This document shows, piece by piece, positions 11,361-24,553 of a stretch of DNA of 64,000 nucleotides. How positions within the stretch are numbered: position 1 is the stretch's first letter; each line of letters starts with the position of its first letter. The stretch lies in the NCBI GenBank assembly GCA_964016885.1, contig CAXHJY010001222.1:1-64000 (forward strand). The letters run 5' to 3'. Both the position numbers and the translations under genes were made by a program. This DNA is from Eledone cirrhosa (lineage: Eukaryota). A model generated the notes under the pieces. That model saw nothing but the letters and a program-made list of their open reading frames with translations. It was not told the DNA's origin and searched no databases.

Positions 11361-12395
11361 ACCAGATAGAAAAATGCGTACAGCAAAAAAAAGTAATATT
11401 GTTGGAATATAAGCCTTTAAAAATACAGGACAAGAAACTAAAATAAAACTTTAAAAGAATAGGACAAGAAACTAAGATAAAACTTTAAAAGAATAGGACA
11501 AGAAACTAAGATAAAACTTTAAAGAATTGGACAAGAAATAAAAAAAATTTTATTGGTAAAAAATCGAGTTCCACATTCATAGGCTCTGGGTTCCACATTC
11601 AGAGGTCGTCGTCAGACCGGGGAGGATCATTTGATCCTGGTTTGAACACCAATTGGGCCATAACCATACCCCTATTTCATCATTCGGCGACACGCCTCAT
11701 GTGTCATGCATAATGTGAATGGACCCATGGGCCCATGAGCACAGATCTTGAGCAGCAGCGGAGGTCTTGTCGTCCCGCTCATCCTTGATCTTGACCAACC
11801 CGTCCATCTTCTCCTTGCATCTTGTCCTTGAGTTCAAGTCCGGCAGTCCAGATGAATGCGTGCCATAGCTTTCTGGTACAGGAAGGGGGAGCAGGAGGAC
11901 TGGAGGGATGACGGGACAGAGGGAGGGAGGACCGGTGGTTGAGGGAGGTGCCGTAGTCGGTGGTCAGAGTCGACATCTTGTCCCGGTCGTCTTCTCCATC
12001 TTCGTCTGTGTTGCAGGACCAGAAGTGCATTCTTGGAGGAGACCTGCAGCTGCTTCGGCCAATTCTTCTTGCAATGGTCATTCTGACGGAGCAGAACTGC
12101 TCAGCCAACCAACCCCAACCAGAACCAACCGCTCAGGGGCAACGCACAATGAGAGCATGACAATTATTATGCACTAATCAAGAAGATACTGGGGCATAGC
12201 ACAGGAAACGAATAACAAAATTTTGCCACTAATATTATTGTAAATTTTTTATTTCTTGTCCAATTCTTTAAAGTTTTATCTTAGTTTCTTGTCCTATTCT
12301 TTTAAAGTTTTATTTTAGTTTCTTGTCCTGTATTTTTAAAGGTTTATATTCCAACAATATTACTTTTTTTTGCTGTACGCATTTTTCTATCTGGT
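11361..12395. mobile_element. ~1-kb element with long inverted arms containing ~32-bp subrepeats
   Basis: 11361-11550 (accagatagaaaaatgcgtacagc..) is the reverse complement of 12242-12395; the left arm has one extra subrepeat; interior is GC-richer. Confidence 0.75.
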
Positions 12396-13218
12396 CTACT
12401 ATTTTTTAAGGCAATGCAAGCAACAACTATCTAATAATTAAATGATCATAGTGAATTACTGACAAGTGATTGACATTTTAAAGTTCTTTTGAGTATAATT
12501 GCAATCTAGTTGAGGCAACTGGTTTAATGACAAAGCTAGTAAATCATGAATGCATTTGAGATGATTAGTGCATAATAGTGAATTGGTGAAACTTGTGCAT
12601 TTCAATGGTGTTACAACAATAGATGTAAGTTATATAGTAGTAATACTTTATCATTTTAACTTTTTAGAATGGACAAAAACCCATGCAAAGAAATGACTTT
12701 GACTGCAGTGATTCTCTCCAATTTACGTACAAAGCAAAACGTGGTCAAATACCTTATCATCTCTGATAAAATGTCAAATGGCCAACATTGTTCAAATGAA
12801 TCATATCTGGTTTGAAGTCAGATTTGTCAAATTTTGACCAATTTTCAATGTTGTGAAGATTGGGCAAGTTCAATTTTTGAATCATTTCTTTCATGCAGTA
12901 ATTAAAATTTTCCAAACGTCGTCATTTCTGGATTACCTCCCCTAGCGTCACGCTTACTACTCACTCACTTGAACACAAGATTTATCAGCAAACTTTGATT
13001 ATAAACTTTTTCCCGCTGGACCAAATTTCTAGATTTTTAAGCCAAAAGATGCGTAATGATCTACTGTTCATGCTCATATAAGTTTTATCTCAGTTAAATA
13101 AAGGAGAGCCGCGCTGTACTGTCGTAAACAGACGATTGCCAACGAAAACACGACCACAACAATATTACTAAACGGACTAGCGTCCGTTTAGGATATATAG
13201 TAGAAACAAAGTTTTTGT

Positions 13219-13314
13219 AGGAGGTACTTTTAAACTGGCCCTTCATTCGGGCACGTAGATAAAGATATCTTTGTCCACTTTCCCGAATGAAGGGCTAGTT
13301 TTAATGCGCCTCCT
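13219..13314. repeat. ~96-bp imperfect palindrome (foldback)
   Basis: aggaggtacttttaaactggcccttcattcggg..gat|atc..cccgaatgaagggctagttttaatgcgcctcct. Confidence 0.7.
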
Positions 13315-13524
13315 CCAATATATAGTGGTAACCACTACTGGACTCCGAAACCAATGTTAGCACATACATGTTAAGTGTATGTAAGTTTTTAAATACTAAA
13401 TATGCTCTCTTGCAACTGATTGACCACTGTTTTCTTTGATCTTTCATCTAAGGATTTCTACACACACTCACAAAATACGAATCTAAATAGTTTAAGTCTT
13501 AAGCCAGAAGGCTTATTTGGCCGG

Positions 13525-13772
13525 TGCTTATCCCGGTTTCATGGCATGAAGCGACTGAAAGTACAAGACTTCCTCCTGGACAGGACGCCAGTCCATCGCA
13601 GGGTTAAACCCCCAGCCATTGCTGGTATTCGTTTTCAGCTGAGTATACTGGAGCAACGTGAAATGAAATGTTTTGTCCAATAACACAACACACAACCCAG
13701 CCCAGGAATCGAACCCACGACAATATGATTGTAAGTCCAACACTCTTACCACTAGGCCACATGCCTCCACAA
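13525..13772 (-). mobile_element. tRNA-derived SINE, family A
   Basis: - strand A box tggcctagtgg and B box gggttcgattcc, followed by a body similar to 17838 and 23170. Confidence 0.75.
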
Positions 13773-15018
13773 ATATTAATAGTATCAGTAGAAAATGAAC
13801 ACAATTATATAAGACGGATAACTTTATCTTTACCGCATCAGCCACCTTGCAGATGTGCAATTTCGCAAATTAAGTTGGTAGTCCCCCCCACCCCACACAC
13901 ACTTCCGCTCTCCCTTTCTCACTCTACTTGCTGTTTCTACCTGTTGTTTTCTTTTCTTTTTTCATTTTCTTTTTTACTCCTCCCCCCTCCTCGCCCTCTC
14001 TACTATCATTCTCTTCTCCTCTCTAATAGCTGCTCCTATTGCCACTTCCGCAGCCTGTTATTTTCCTTCTTTCGGCTGTTTGGCTTAGATAGACGTTTTT
14101 TGCTTCACCCGGTGTTGTTTGTCTGCCTGTTCGACTATCTCTCGTATTTACCGCCACAAGTCCTTTTCTGTTCTCTTCGTTCTCTATACGCATTTTCCTT
14201 GTCCGGCTCCTCACTCGGTTTCTTCTGTGTTTCATCTGCCTATCGTCCCCCTCGTGGGTTGCCTCTTTTGGTCTTATTCACGCTCTCTTTCCTGTTTCCC
14301 GTTCTCCCTCTACTTGCTGAGACGCACTATCCCGCTCTATTATTCAGCCCCCCCCTCTCTCTCTCTCTCTCTCTTCCGCTCTTCATTTCTCTCCCTATAC
14401 TTGCTGTCTCTCATGTTTACCTCCACCTGTTGTTTTCTTTCCTTTTCATCGTCTTCATTCACCCCCTCTCTACCGTCTTACTCTTCTCCCCTCCACTATC
14501 TGTTCTTGCTGCCATTTCTACAGCCCGCTATTTTCTTTTCTTTTGGTAGCTTGGTCTGGGTAAGACGTCTTTTACTACGCTCTCTGGTCTGTTTCCCTGT
14601 CTGTCTCTTATTTTTCTGTTGCACGATCCAGCTTGTTTAAAATGGTCGTCTCAATTAAATCGTGCGAAACCAGTTTTGCAGGTTTGAGCGCTGAAGTGGA
14701 AGAATATGTGTGTATAAACTTTATTTGTTGCATTCTTCAGGTCACTTCTTTGCGTCTGTGTGCACTTTCTTGAACTACTCCGCTCTGAATCTCTTGTGTG
14801 TTCCATCTACCTGTCACCCACCTCGTAGATTGACTCTCTGGCGACCACAGGCTGAGGGAAAAGATGCCTCTCTGTCCTGAGGCATCTTTTCCCTCGGCTG
14901 TCTTGGACGGTATTTGGCTGATTTAACTGTTGTCCTAGCGTTGAGTTTCACATTTTTATATGAATTTTAATATATTCTCGCCGTCTCGACAAGAGACATC
15001 AATGTTTATTCATATATA

Positions 15019-15069
<51 letters not shown>

Positions 15070-15132
15070 GTGTGTGTGTGTGGGAGAGAGCCAGAGAGTC
15101 AGAGAGCCAGAGAGCCAGAGAGTGTGTGTGTG

Positions 15133-15206
<74 letters not shown>

Positions 15207-15255
15207 CATATGTATGTATTGCGTGTTTGTTTATAGGTATGTAAAATTAAATATA

Positions 15256-15410
15256 GGCGTTGAATTGGCAGAGTCGTTAGAACGTCGGAAAGAATGTTTT
15301 ATGGTATTCCTTCTCTGCTCTCCGAGTTCAAATCCAGCCGAAGTCAACTTTGCCTTTCGTCCTTTCGAGGTCGATAAAAAAAAGTACCAGTCTATAACTG
15401 GGGTCGATTC
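15256..15410 (+). mobile_element. tRNA-derived SINE, family B
   Basis: ggcgttgaattggcagagtcg..gagttcaaatcc..aactttgcctttcgtcctttcgaggtcgataaaa..gtaccagt; about 10 related copies in the window. Confidence 0.75.
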
Positions 15411-15631
15411 TTCCTCTCTTTGGAAGAAATCTGCTGTACAGAGGTCCAGAGAGGGATAGGCACCGCCAGGTTTAATATGCCCAAGAAACGCCCTATTTCA
15501 ATACTGCGCCTCTCCGACTCTATCAGGAGTTACGGGTCCATACATATTATACGAACGAAAGATTGCCTGTGAAAATGTCGTGGTAGTTGTAGTGGAAGTG
15601 GTGGAATCCGAAATTTTGGTTAAACTGTAAA

Positions 15632-16054
15632 TAATTGTTTCTAATTTAGGCACAAGGCCAGCAATTACCCAGTACATTACTCGTACTTTATTTTATCGAC
15701 CCCCGTAAGGATGAAAGGCAAAGTCAATTTCTGATTTAGGCACAAGGCCAACAATTTTTGCGGATGGAAAAGTCGATTAAATCGATCCCAGTGCATTACT
15801 GGTGCTTTATTTAATAAGATGAGAGGCAAAGTTAACCTCGGAGGAATTTGAACTCAGATCATAAAGGGCCGTAACTCTATGCTGCAAAGCACGGCGTCCG
15901 ACCTTCTACCGATACTGCCAATCCAACTGTAAATAATTGTTTCTACTTTTGGCACACAAGGCCAGCAATTATCCCAGTGTATTACTGGTACTTTATTTTA
16001 TCGACCCCCGTAAGGATGAAAGGCAAAGTTAACCTCGGCGGGATTTGAATTCAG
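15632..16054 (-). mobile_element. Tandem SINE family B copies at one site
   Basis: Repeated aattgtttcta..ggcacaaggcca..atcgacccc..gatgaaaggcaaagt; aactgtaaa appears three times at the junctions, with aatccaactgtaaa duplicated around the last copy. Confidence 0.75.
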
Positions 16055-16405
16055 AATCCAACTGTAAACAATGTCAGCCGAGACGTCTGTCGATGAATTA
16101 AAAGAAATTACCTGCAAAGCGATGTCAGTTAGTCACTTAATGTGCCGTTCCTTGCAGTTAATGCTGACTGCTTTGCCACGTAATGATAGTTATATATAGA
16201 AATAATAGATATATTATTTATCTCTTAGACTGTTCTACACTCTCGCCTTCACAGTCCATGCTTAACTCTGCATCCAACACTCATACCATACAACTCCACC
16301 TCCATACACATTTTATATATTTTTTTCTTTTTGTTTCTCAGTATAAAGAAACATGCATTCAAAAGGTATATGGTAGACAGGATCGATTATGATTGATACG
16401 AATTA

Positions 16406-16488
<83 letters not shown>

Positions 16489-16529
16489 CTTTCTCTCCCT
16501 ATCTCTCTCTCTGTCACTGTATATATATA

Positions 16530-16600
16530 TAGTTTCAGAAGATCCCGTTAAGGATGAAAGCAGCGATTCTTTGCTTAAACTTTAATCTGTTATTTTAATA
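16530..16600 (+). repeat. Solo partial arm of the 16798-17481 element in (TA)n
   Basis: tagtttcagaagatcccgttaaggatgaaagcagcg..ttattttaata matches 17411-17481. Confidence 0.8.
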
Positions 16601-16611
16601 TGTATATATAT

Positions 16612-16735
<124 letters not shown>

Positions 16736-16797
16736 AATATATATATATGTATATATAAAATCTCATTTTCTTATGTATATATATATATTTATTTATT

Positions 16798-17481
16798 TAT
16801 TAAAATAACAGATTAAAGTTTAAGCAAAGAATCGCTGCTTTCACTCTTAACGGGATCTTCTGAAACTAACAAAGTCAATCTGTGAACGCAGAAGTGAATA
16901 TTTCAAAAAACGTTGCAACCTATGGCCAATGTTTTCGCGTATGCTTATGTATGTACGTATATGGATGCGTGTTTGGATTTATTTAATTTCTTTTACCTCT
17001 GTATTTTATTTACTTTATTCTTAACTCTGAAGCCGAGAATCATTCGGTTTCCTAGTTAGAATTTTAGACTACGACTTCAGTTATACCAGCTACACGTGGT
17101 TTTGTCTTTGCGTGCAATTGTTCTCCACGCTCCACATATGACGTATTATCTTCGTTTTTTCCGTTCATTGCCAGACAACGTCTCTATGAACCACCTAAGA
17201 GAATATTACTCTACGACTTCATTTATACTATAAACGTGGTTCTGTCTTTGCGCGTAATTGTTTTTCACCGCTCCTATTAATGACGTATATTCGTTTTTTC
17301 CCGTTCTTTGCCAGGGAACATTTCCACGAACCAAAGTTTCGTCTTCCTGTCTTCCTCCGGTTGCAACGTTCTTTGAAATATTCACTTCTGCGTTCACAGA
17401 TTGACTTTGTTAGTTTCAGAAGATCCCGTTAAGGGTGAAAGCAGCGATTCTTTGCTTAAACTTTAATCTGTTATTTTAATA
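16798..17481. mobile_element. Element with ~123-bp inverted arms and an internal diverged ~140-bp duplication
   Basis: 16798-16920 is the reverse complement of 17359-17481; ctacgacttca..gaacca occurs twice (17069 and 17211). Confidence 0.75.
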
Positions 17482-17569
17482 AATATTTGCTCTACGGTTC
17501 TTATATATTTGATATATATTTATCCTTATCGAGCCCTCTTTGGATTTTAGTCTTCAAATTTATTATTAT

Positions 17570-17659
<90 letters not shown>

Positions 17660-17837
17660 AAGAGAAGAGTTTTTTTCATATAAAACAAACGCGATGTCCT
17701 GCACGGGTGAAAATACAAGAAAAAATCGAAAATGCAACTGGAGTCTTTTTAAGAATATTTATTTATTTCCTTTACCGGTTTCACAGTTCTTATGCTTTTC
17801 AAAAGTAGAATTGAGATGGACAGTTTGTGGTTTGTCT

Positions 17838-18160
17838 CGCATGGATTAATGGTTAGAGTGTTGTGCTTGCAATTGAGAGGTTGCGAGTTGGATCCTCGGA
17901 CTGGGCGATAGGTTGCATCCTTCAGCAAGACGCTTTATTTGCGTTGTCCCAGTTCACTCAGCTGTAGAAATGAGTTGCGACGTCACTGGTGCCAAGCTGT
18001 ATCCGCCATTGGCTTTGCCTTAGACAACATCGATAACGTTGAGAAGGGATACTGGTATGCATGTGTGACAGCTGTTCTTACACAAAAAATATTGCCCAGA
18101 CTTATGCCTCCGAGGGCTAAATCCAATTGTAATTCGTGGCTGAAGGGGGTCATTACCCTT
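17838..18160 (+). mobile_element. tRNA-derived SINE family A, diverged
   Basis: gcatggattaatggttagagtg..gagttggatcc..ccttcagcaagacgcttt..cactcagctg. Confidence 0.6.
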
Positions 18161-18199
18161 TAATATGAAGTAAAACTTTCTGAGTTTTGTGTGCTACAT

Positions 18200-19560
18200 G
18201 AAGTATATAGAAATATAGTGAGTGAAAAGGGTGGTACTCTGCCGAGTATATCCTCACAATTTCAAGACCGAAGCTCTCTTTAATGATGTTCAGGTGATGG
18301 AAAGCAAGCAGCCATTTCGTTTTTCTTCCGACCATTCTTTGTCTAGCCAAAACTCTTTAAATAAATATGCTTCGCTGGCGAAGTCTATTAAGATAGAAGC
18401 ATGTCCATTGCTTTCATCAATTATGATTATAGACCGGGTACACTCCCAATGTATTCATGTCCTAAATTGTTCCCAAAGACTCGAAACATCCAATGTTACA
18501 GGAGTAGATATTGAAACGAATATAATTCAATATTTCATGTAGGTGTTGAAATTTCAGAAGGAAATGTGGTATTACAAGGAAAAATTAAAAAGAATTTTGA
18601 GGTGAAGAGAGACGATAAATGCTGCTCTTTGAACTCCACTTCCCTGGTAAATGCGCTTGATTGAAGCTATTAATCAAATCTTCGTATCTGTAGTGATTAC
18701 CGCGGCAATATAGTGACACTACAGGATAGGGATCGAGCCTGTAAATTGAGTCAAAACTTGAATCTCAATTCACAGACAATATGCAAGCTGCTTAGTGTGT
18801 TATCCATTTTGGTACCTATAACTGTTCCACTCAAACGTTTGTAGAAATCACTGGAGAAAGATAGGCAGTTTAAGATGAGGATATAATCACAGAAACAGTG
18901 AAATATAAATATGTTGGCTAGAAAACTGATATAGGGAACCAAAAAGAACTTAAGTACCGGGATATCTTCATCTATAGATTACAGAGATTAAAAAATAAGA
19001 AATGAATTACTGGAGAATATTGTTGATGGCGTTGATAAAGCCTGAAGGACATATCTTTGTAGCAATTAAAGAATAGTTTGATGTAACAACTGCATGCTAA
19101 TGTGACGGGACGTCGGTAGGGATTGCTGTTATTTTAAGTTCATTGAAGAAGATGGTGAAGTCTCGGGGTATTTACATAACGAAGTTAACATTGTAGGTGA
19201 AATTTGAGAGGAGTTGAACTGATGTACAGTGGTAAAGATTTTACTTGTGCAGTGTAAGGTCTCTGGGTATATTGTGACAAAACTGCGGCCCATTAATCAT
19301 ACAGGGACATTCCATTGTCACCCGGATTTATGAGAATATCTTCTCAGCTATGGAGGTGAGGGAGTATTACACGTTCAGGTGTAGAGATGTTAAAACACTT
19401 ATGCCTCTTTCGTAAATTAAAACTCTCCAAGGCATGGAGACATTTGTGGCAAACATTGTCTACAAAGATGTACAGAAACAAGTTAATCAAAGAATTGTTC
19501 TGACTGTTCGCATTTGAAATCCATACACTAGTAATCATTGTTGTGAAAGGAAGCACTTTA
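18200..19560 (-). pseudogene. Decayed Penelope-like reverse transcriptase relic
   Basis: - strand LILNCLSFSSDFYKRLSGTVIGTKM resembles the PLE motif NYFEFNGKFYKQxxGTAMGTKM; upstream NPYRRPV (cf. PGRPIV), downstream HYRYEDLI (cf. YRYIDDI) and LEIVRIYS (cf. RIRRICS) occur in the expected order; many stops. Confidence 0.55.
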
Positions 19561-19875
19561 TGGAATCCATCACTGTTTATATCAGCCCTCTAAAAATAAA
19601 CAAATTTACGAATGAATTTTTATGGAATATATTTATAATAAATTTCTTGTGTCTTTTTTTCTTCTACACACTTTACTTAATCCTCCCCCTTTCCTTCTCT
19701 CCACGAAAGCCACATCCCCCTTTACTAACACTACACTCTTGGCCGACTTTCTAAAACTATTTTCTCAGCTTTCTCCGTCGCATCCGATATCATTATCCAC
19801 ATAGTAACTTCAGTAACTTCAATTTTTTTTCCGAGTTGTCTCGTCTGCAGCCCAATCGAATACCCTACATGAACT

Positions 19876-19961
<86 letters not shown>

Positions 19962-20800
19962 TTTCAATATCAAGAGAAGGAGAAAAGACAAGATGAAAAT
20001 GATAGAACCTATCCAATTTACAGCAATTGAATTGTTCCAACTGTTATAGGATTAGCCCGTTGACTAATTGTTATCAATACAGACAGAGACAACCATTAGT
20101 TTGCTCTCACTCAAAGGAGTATTGCAGCCAGGAACAACTCATTCATTCCTTGAGCATTGTGCATACGACTATATTATAAAACCTTTCTTTCTTTTCAAGT
20201 GGAAACACTAGGATGTTAATTTAATGGAAATTTGGCTACTATATCAAGCAGGTTAAACGACTCCACAGAGGCCCATAAGATATTATGTTATATTTATGGT
20301 TAAGACAATATTGTAATAGGGTGGTGTCGTTTAATTCTGATTCCATATCACGTTAAGATTGATGCCTCCATTTCATTAATCTTCCACAACCGACCAATAA
20401 GATGAGCTAGCTGTCGTTAATATACGAAGATCTCTCAATACTTCTACGCTTTTATAATAAATAAATGACCGATATTAGAAGAATAAATTAACGGAAACGT
20501 AAATGAAAGAAAAGGAAACATGTCACTGATAAAAAAAATAAACTTAAAGCGAATAATGATTAAATAAAAAATTGAAGCAATATTTAAAATAAAATGGTAG
20601 AAATAGCTAAAGAATATTAGGGGAAAAAATAAATAACAAAGCAAACGAAGATACAAATAAAAATCATAATAAAAGATTGTAGAATAAATAAATAAGAAAT
20701 AAATAAGAACGGGTGGAATGAATGAAGATTAAAAAATATGTACGGACGATTAAAATTACGATGAGGGTAAAGAAAAAATCGTTCTAAGCACACGAAGTCA

Positions 20801-20804
<4 letters not shown>

Positions 20805-20833
<29 letters not shown>

Positions 20834-20892
20834 TGTATGTATGTATGTATGTATGTATGTATGTATGTATGTATGTATGTATGTATGTATGA

Positions 20893-20948
<56 letters not shown>
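20805..20948. repeat. (TATG)n followed by (TA)n microsatellite
   Basis: Direct inspection. Confidence 0.95.
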
Positions 20949-20962
<14 letters not shown>

Positions 20963-21316
20963 AGAAAAAGCATTGAAAAATACAGAATGAGTGAATCAGA
21001 AATATAAAAAAAGAGAACACAACAGTTTGGTCCAATGAAAAAGAAAATTAAAATAAATAAAAATGATGAAACTGAAGAAAATGATCAAAGCCTTAAAAAA
21101 CAAAAGCTAGAAAAAAAAAAAAAAAAAATTTAAATGAAAATAAAAATACAACAAATGGTCAAATAAAAAAAAAAAATGAAGAATGAATCCATGCAGAAAA
21201 AAAAAAAACCCAACTGACAAACAAAATTAAAAAAAAAGTAATTTCTCATGTGAATAAACTGCATTAATGTAGCAAAGGTAATAGATTATATAAGAGTAAT
21301 TGCAAATTAAAAAAAC

Positions 21317-21370
<54 letters not shown>

Positions 21371-21371
<1 letters not shown>

Positions 21372-21445
21372 GATTTCATTTATTGGCCACAAGGGCCGAC
21401 ATATAGGGGACAATAGAAAACACTGGGACAGTGGGGGTTTACATA
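21371..21445 (-). mobile_element. Extreme 3' end of a Tx1-related family within (TA)n
   Basis: - strand tgtaaacccccac..ttgtcccc..gcccttgtggccaataaatgaaa parallels the copy 1-5 terminus tgtaaa..ttgtccc..gcccttgtggcaaataaagaaa. Confidence 0.7.
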
Positions 21446-21475
21446 TACATATATATATATATACATATACATATA

Positions 21476-21521
<46 letters not shown>

Positions 21522-21841
21522 GATAATAACAATATAACTACAATATCTAAACTAAAACTAAAGAATATATACGGAATGTAATCGAATTGTGAGAAAAAAC
21601 ATGAATTTTGACATAAAACAGAAGGAAACTTCTAGAAATGTTTTTTTTTTTGTGGGGGAACATACAATAAGATGCCCCATAAAAATAAATACTAAAAATA
21701 TAATAAAAGTAAAATAAACGTAATTATAAAGAAACAAAAAACCCCACAAATGAATGAATATTTCGATTACTGAAAAGAGAAATCCCGTAGGTTTGATTAG
21801 AGGTATTAAGACTTACCAAGTGCCTTCTTGTGTCTCTTTTT

Positions 21842-21972
<131 letters not shown>

Positions 21973-21974
21973 TG

Positions 21975-22006
<32 letters not shown>

Positions 22007-22078
22007 TATATATATACATACATATATATATGTATATTGTATATATATATATATATACACACACACATATATATATAT

Positions 22079-22127
<49 letters not shown>

Positions 22128-22547
22128 CACACACACATATATATATATATGTATATAATATATATATGTGTGTGCATATATATGTATATATATGTATATT
22201 ATATACATATTATATACATATATATATATATGTATATATATGTATATATATATATATATACGTATATATATATAGATGTACATATATATATATATATGTG
22301 TGTGTGTGTATTATATATATATATATATATTTGTATGTATGTGAATGTGTGTGAGCGTACGTGTGTCTGTGTCGGTTCATCCGTAAGAGTTTCTGAGTGT
22401 TTGCGGAACAGAGAGAGGGTGAAGAGGGAGAGAGAGAGAGAGAGAGAGAGATAAAAAGAAAGAGAGAGAGTATATAAGTATATATCTAAGTATATAAGTA
22501 TATTTATATATAAGTATATATAACACATATATATATATATAGAAGTA

Positions 22548-22622
<75 letters not shown>

Positions 22623-23169
22623 ATACATACACACACACACATATATATACATACATACATACATACATACATTACATATATATACATACATACATACATA
22701 CATACATACATACATACATACATACATACATTACATATATATACATACATACATACATACATACATACATACATACATACATACATTACATATACATACA
22801 TACATACATACATACATACATACATACATACATACATACATACATACATACATACATTACAATAATAAAATAATATAAATGATACGTAAATCAGTAGAAA
22901 TATTTCCCTTAATGAATGAAAATAACTCGATGAATGGTAATCGATGTCTTCTATATATATTTGTGGTTGCTTCTGGGGATTTTTTTGTTTTTTTTTGCTA
23001 AGGTTATTGTTGTTGATATTGTTTTTGTCGCCATTGTTGTTTCTTTTGTTTAAATAGGTAATAAGAAACCATAAAGTATAAAATGGGAAAATTTAGTTCA
23101 ATTCCTCTCGGGGTGATTGATCATTCGATCATTGACGTTTCTTAAGTAACAAAACTGAACAATATATAA

Positions 23170-23300
23170 AAGCGCGTGGCTGAGTGGTTAGAGAATGCCA
23201 TTTGCAATCGTGAGGTTGTAAATTCGATTCCTAGACCAGGAGATGCGTTATGTCCTTGAGCAAGACACATTATTTTTTTCACGTTGCTTCTTCTACCCGG
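23170..23300 (+). mobile_element. tRNA-derived SINE family A, 5' part
   Basis: A box tggctgagtgg, B-box-like aattcgattcc, CORE-like gtccttgagcaagacac. Confidence 0.7.
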
Positions 23301-23742
23301 AGTTGCGAGCGATAGAGAGAATTAGCAATTAGAAAGATCAATGGAAACATTGTTTCCTCGGTCCGATTTGTCGAAAATTGATCGACTGTCGATATACATA
23401 TATAAATATACATACTCACACATACGCACATTGATATATATGTATATTTATGTGTATATATATATATATATATATATAGGAACAGTATAATTTTTCGACC
23501 TTTTATACACTATCCTTAGAATCTGCTGTATAGATTTCACTTTCAACGCCTGACTGACTTTCCCCACTCCCTCTTTGTTTACCGGTAAGTTGAACCACCC
23601 CTAACTCCCACCAAATGCCATGATGGATTTATCTGTCTTTATAACAAATTTTAACCAATCATCTTGACAATTACTATCTTCCCATATAAGGAAATTCCCA
23701 TTGAGAAGTTTGGCTATTTATTTACCAGGCTAAACATTCTTA

Positions 23743-23885
23743 TTTAGTCCAGAAATATCTGTCGAAACGGCTTGAGCTCTGCCGTCGGGGTCTTACTTAT
23801 TCCTATTACCCACTCTACTACCCTAAGTATTGAGTACTTTGGTGCGTTATGGTCCATCTGGTTCCTTACCACAATTCCTTCGTTA
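23743..23885 (+). mobile_element. Copy of the 10280/26284 family lacking the inverted arm
   Basis: tttagtccagaa..gtcgaaacggcttgagctc..gtactttggtgcgttatggtccatctggttcctt..ccttcgtt then (TA)n. Confidence 0.75.
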
Positions 23886-24361
23886 TATATATATATATAT
23901 TCGTCTCATTCTGACGTCACTAGCCCTGTCTCCATGTGTGTTTATTAATTCAATTCCACACGAGGTTTGACTAGCCTGCTTTTAAATTCCCCTTTGGCAT
24001 ATTTTAGCTGTGGTTCTTAGTTAACGTTGTTGAGCACTACTGAGGAACGGACCCAACCGTGACTAACCCCACTGAAAAGTTTCGTGAAATAGTCTGTTTA
24101 AGACTATATAGTGCATTTGTAGATTTTTCCAAATTGACGGATAAGTATTTAGACTTAATTTTATTTTGAATTAAGATTCTATTGGTTTTTTCCCCGGATT
24201 ACACAAAATCTGTGGATAAAATCTTTGGTCTTGACTTGTTTTGAATTGGGATTAAATTATTTTCCCATATCTTAAGTTAAATATTTTTCATCTTGACGTA
24301 ATAGTCACTTATATGTCTGAATTACTGTTGGCTTCTTGCTTACATTAATTTCTCATGCTTT

Positions 24362-24510
24362 GACGCATGGAGTTACGGCCCTTGCCATTCTGAGTTCAAA
24401 TCCCGCCGAGGTTAACTTTGCCTTTCATCCTTACGGGGTCGATAAAATAAAGTACCAGTAATGCACTGACTGGGTAATTGGTGGCCTTGTGCCAAAAGTA
24501 GAACAATTAA
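24362..24510 (+). mobile_element. SINE family B, 5'-truncated
   Basis: ctgagttcaaatcccgccgaggttaactttgcctttcatccttacggggtcgataaaataaagtacc. Confidence 0.75.
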
Positions 24511-24519
24511 TTTCTCTAT

Positions 24520-24553
<34 letters not shown>

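Noticed and set aside
13700-13772. tRNA-like A/B boxes here and at 17838 and 23170
   Set aside because: SINE heads without an intact cloverleaf; not tRNA genes.
13668-14640. 293-aa and 173-aa hydrophobic ORFs
   Set aside because: Pyrimidine-rich low-complexity sequence with no recognisable domain.
14850-14900. ~20-bp stem hairpin resembling a terminator or pre-miRNA
   Set aside because: Single occurrence in probable repeat-derived sequence with no supporting context.
24039-24066. CUGAGGA-acgg-acccaa-ccgu-GACU hammerhead-like motif
   Set aside because: GAAA is replaced by GACU and there is no stem I or III.
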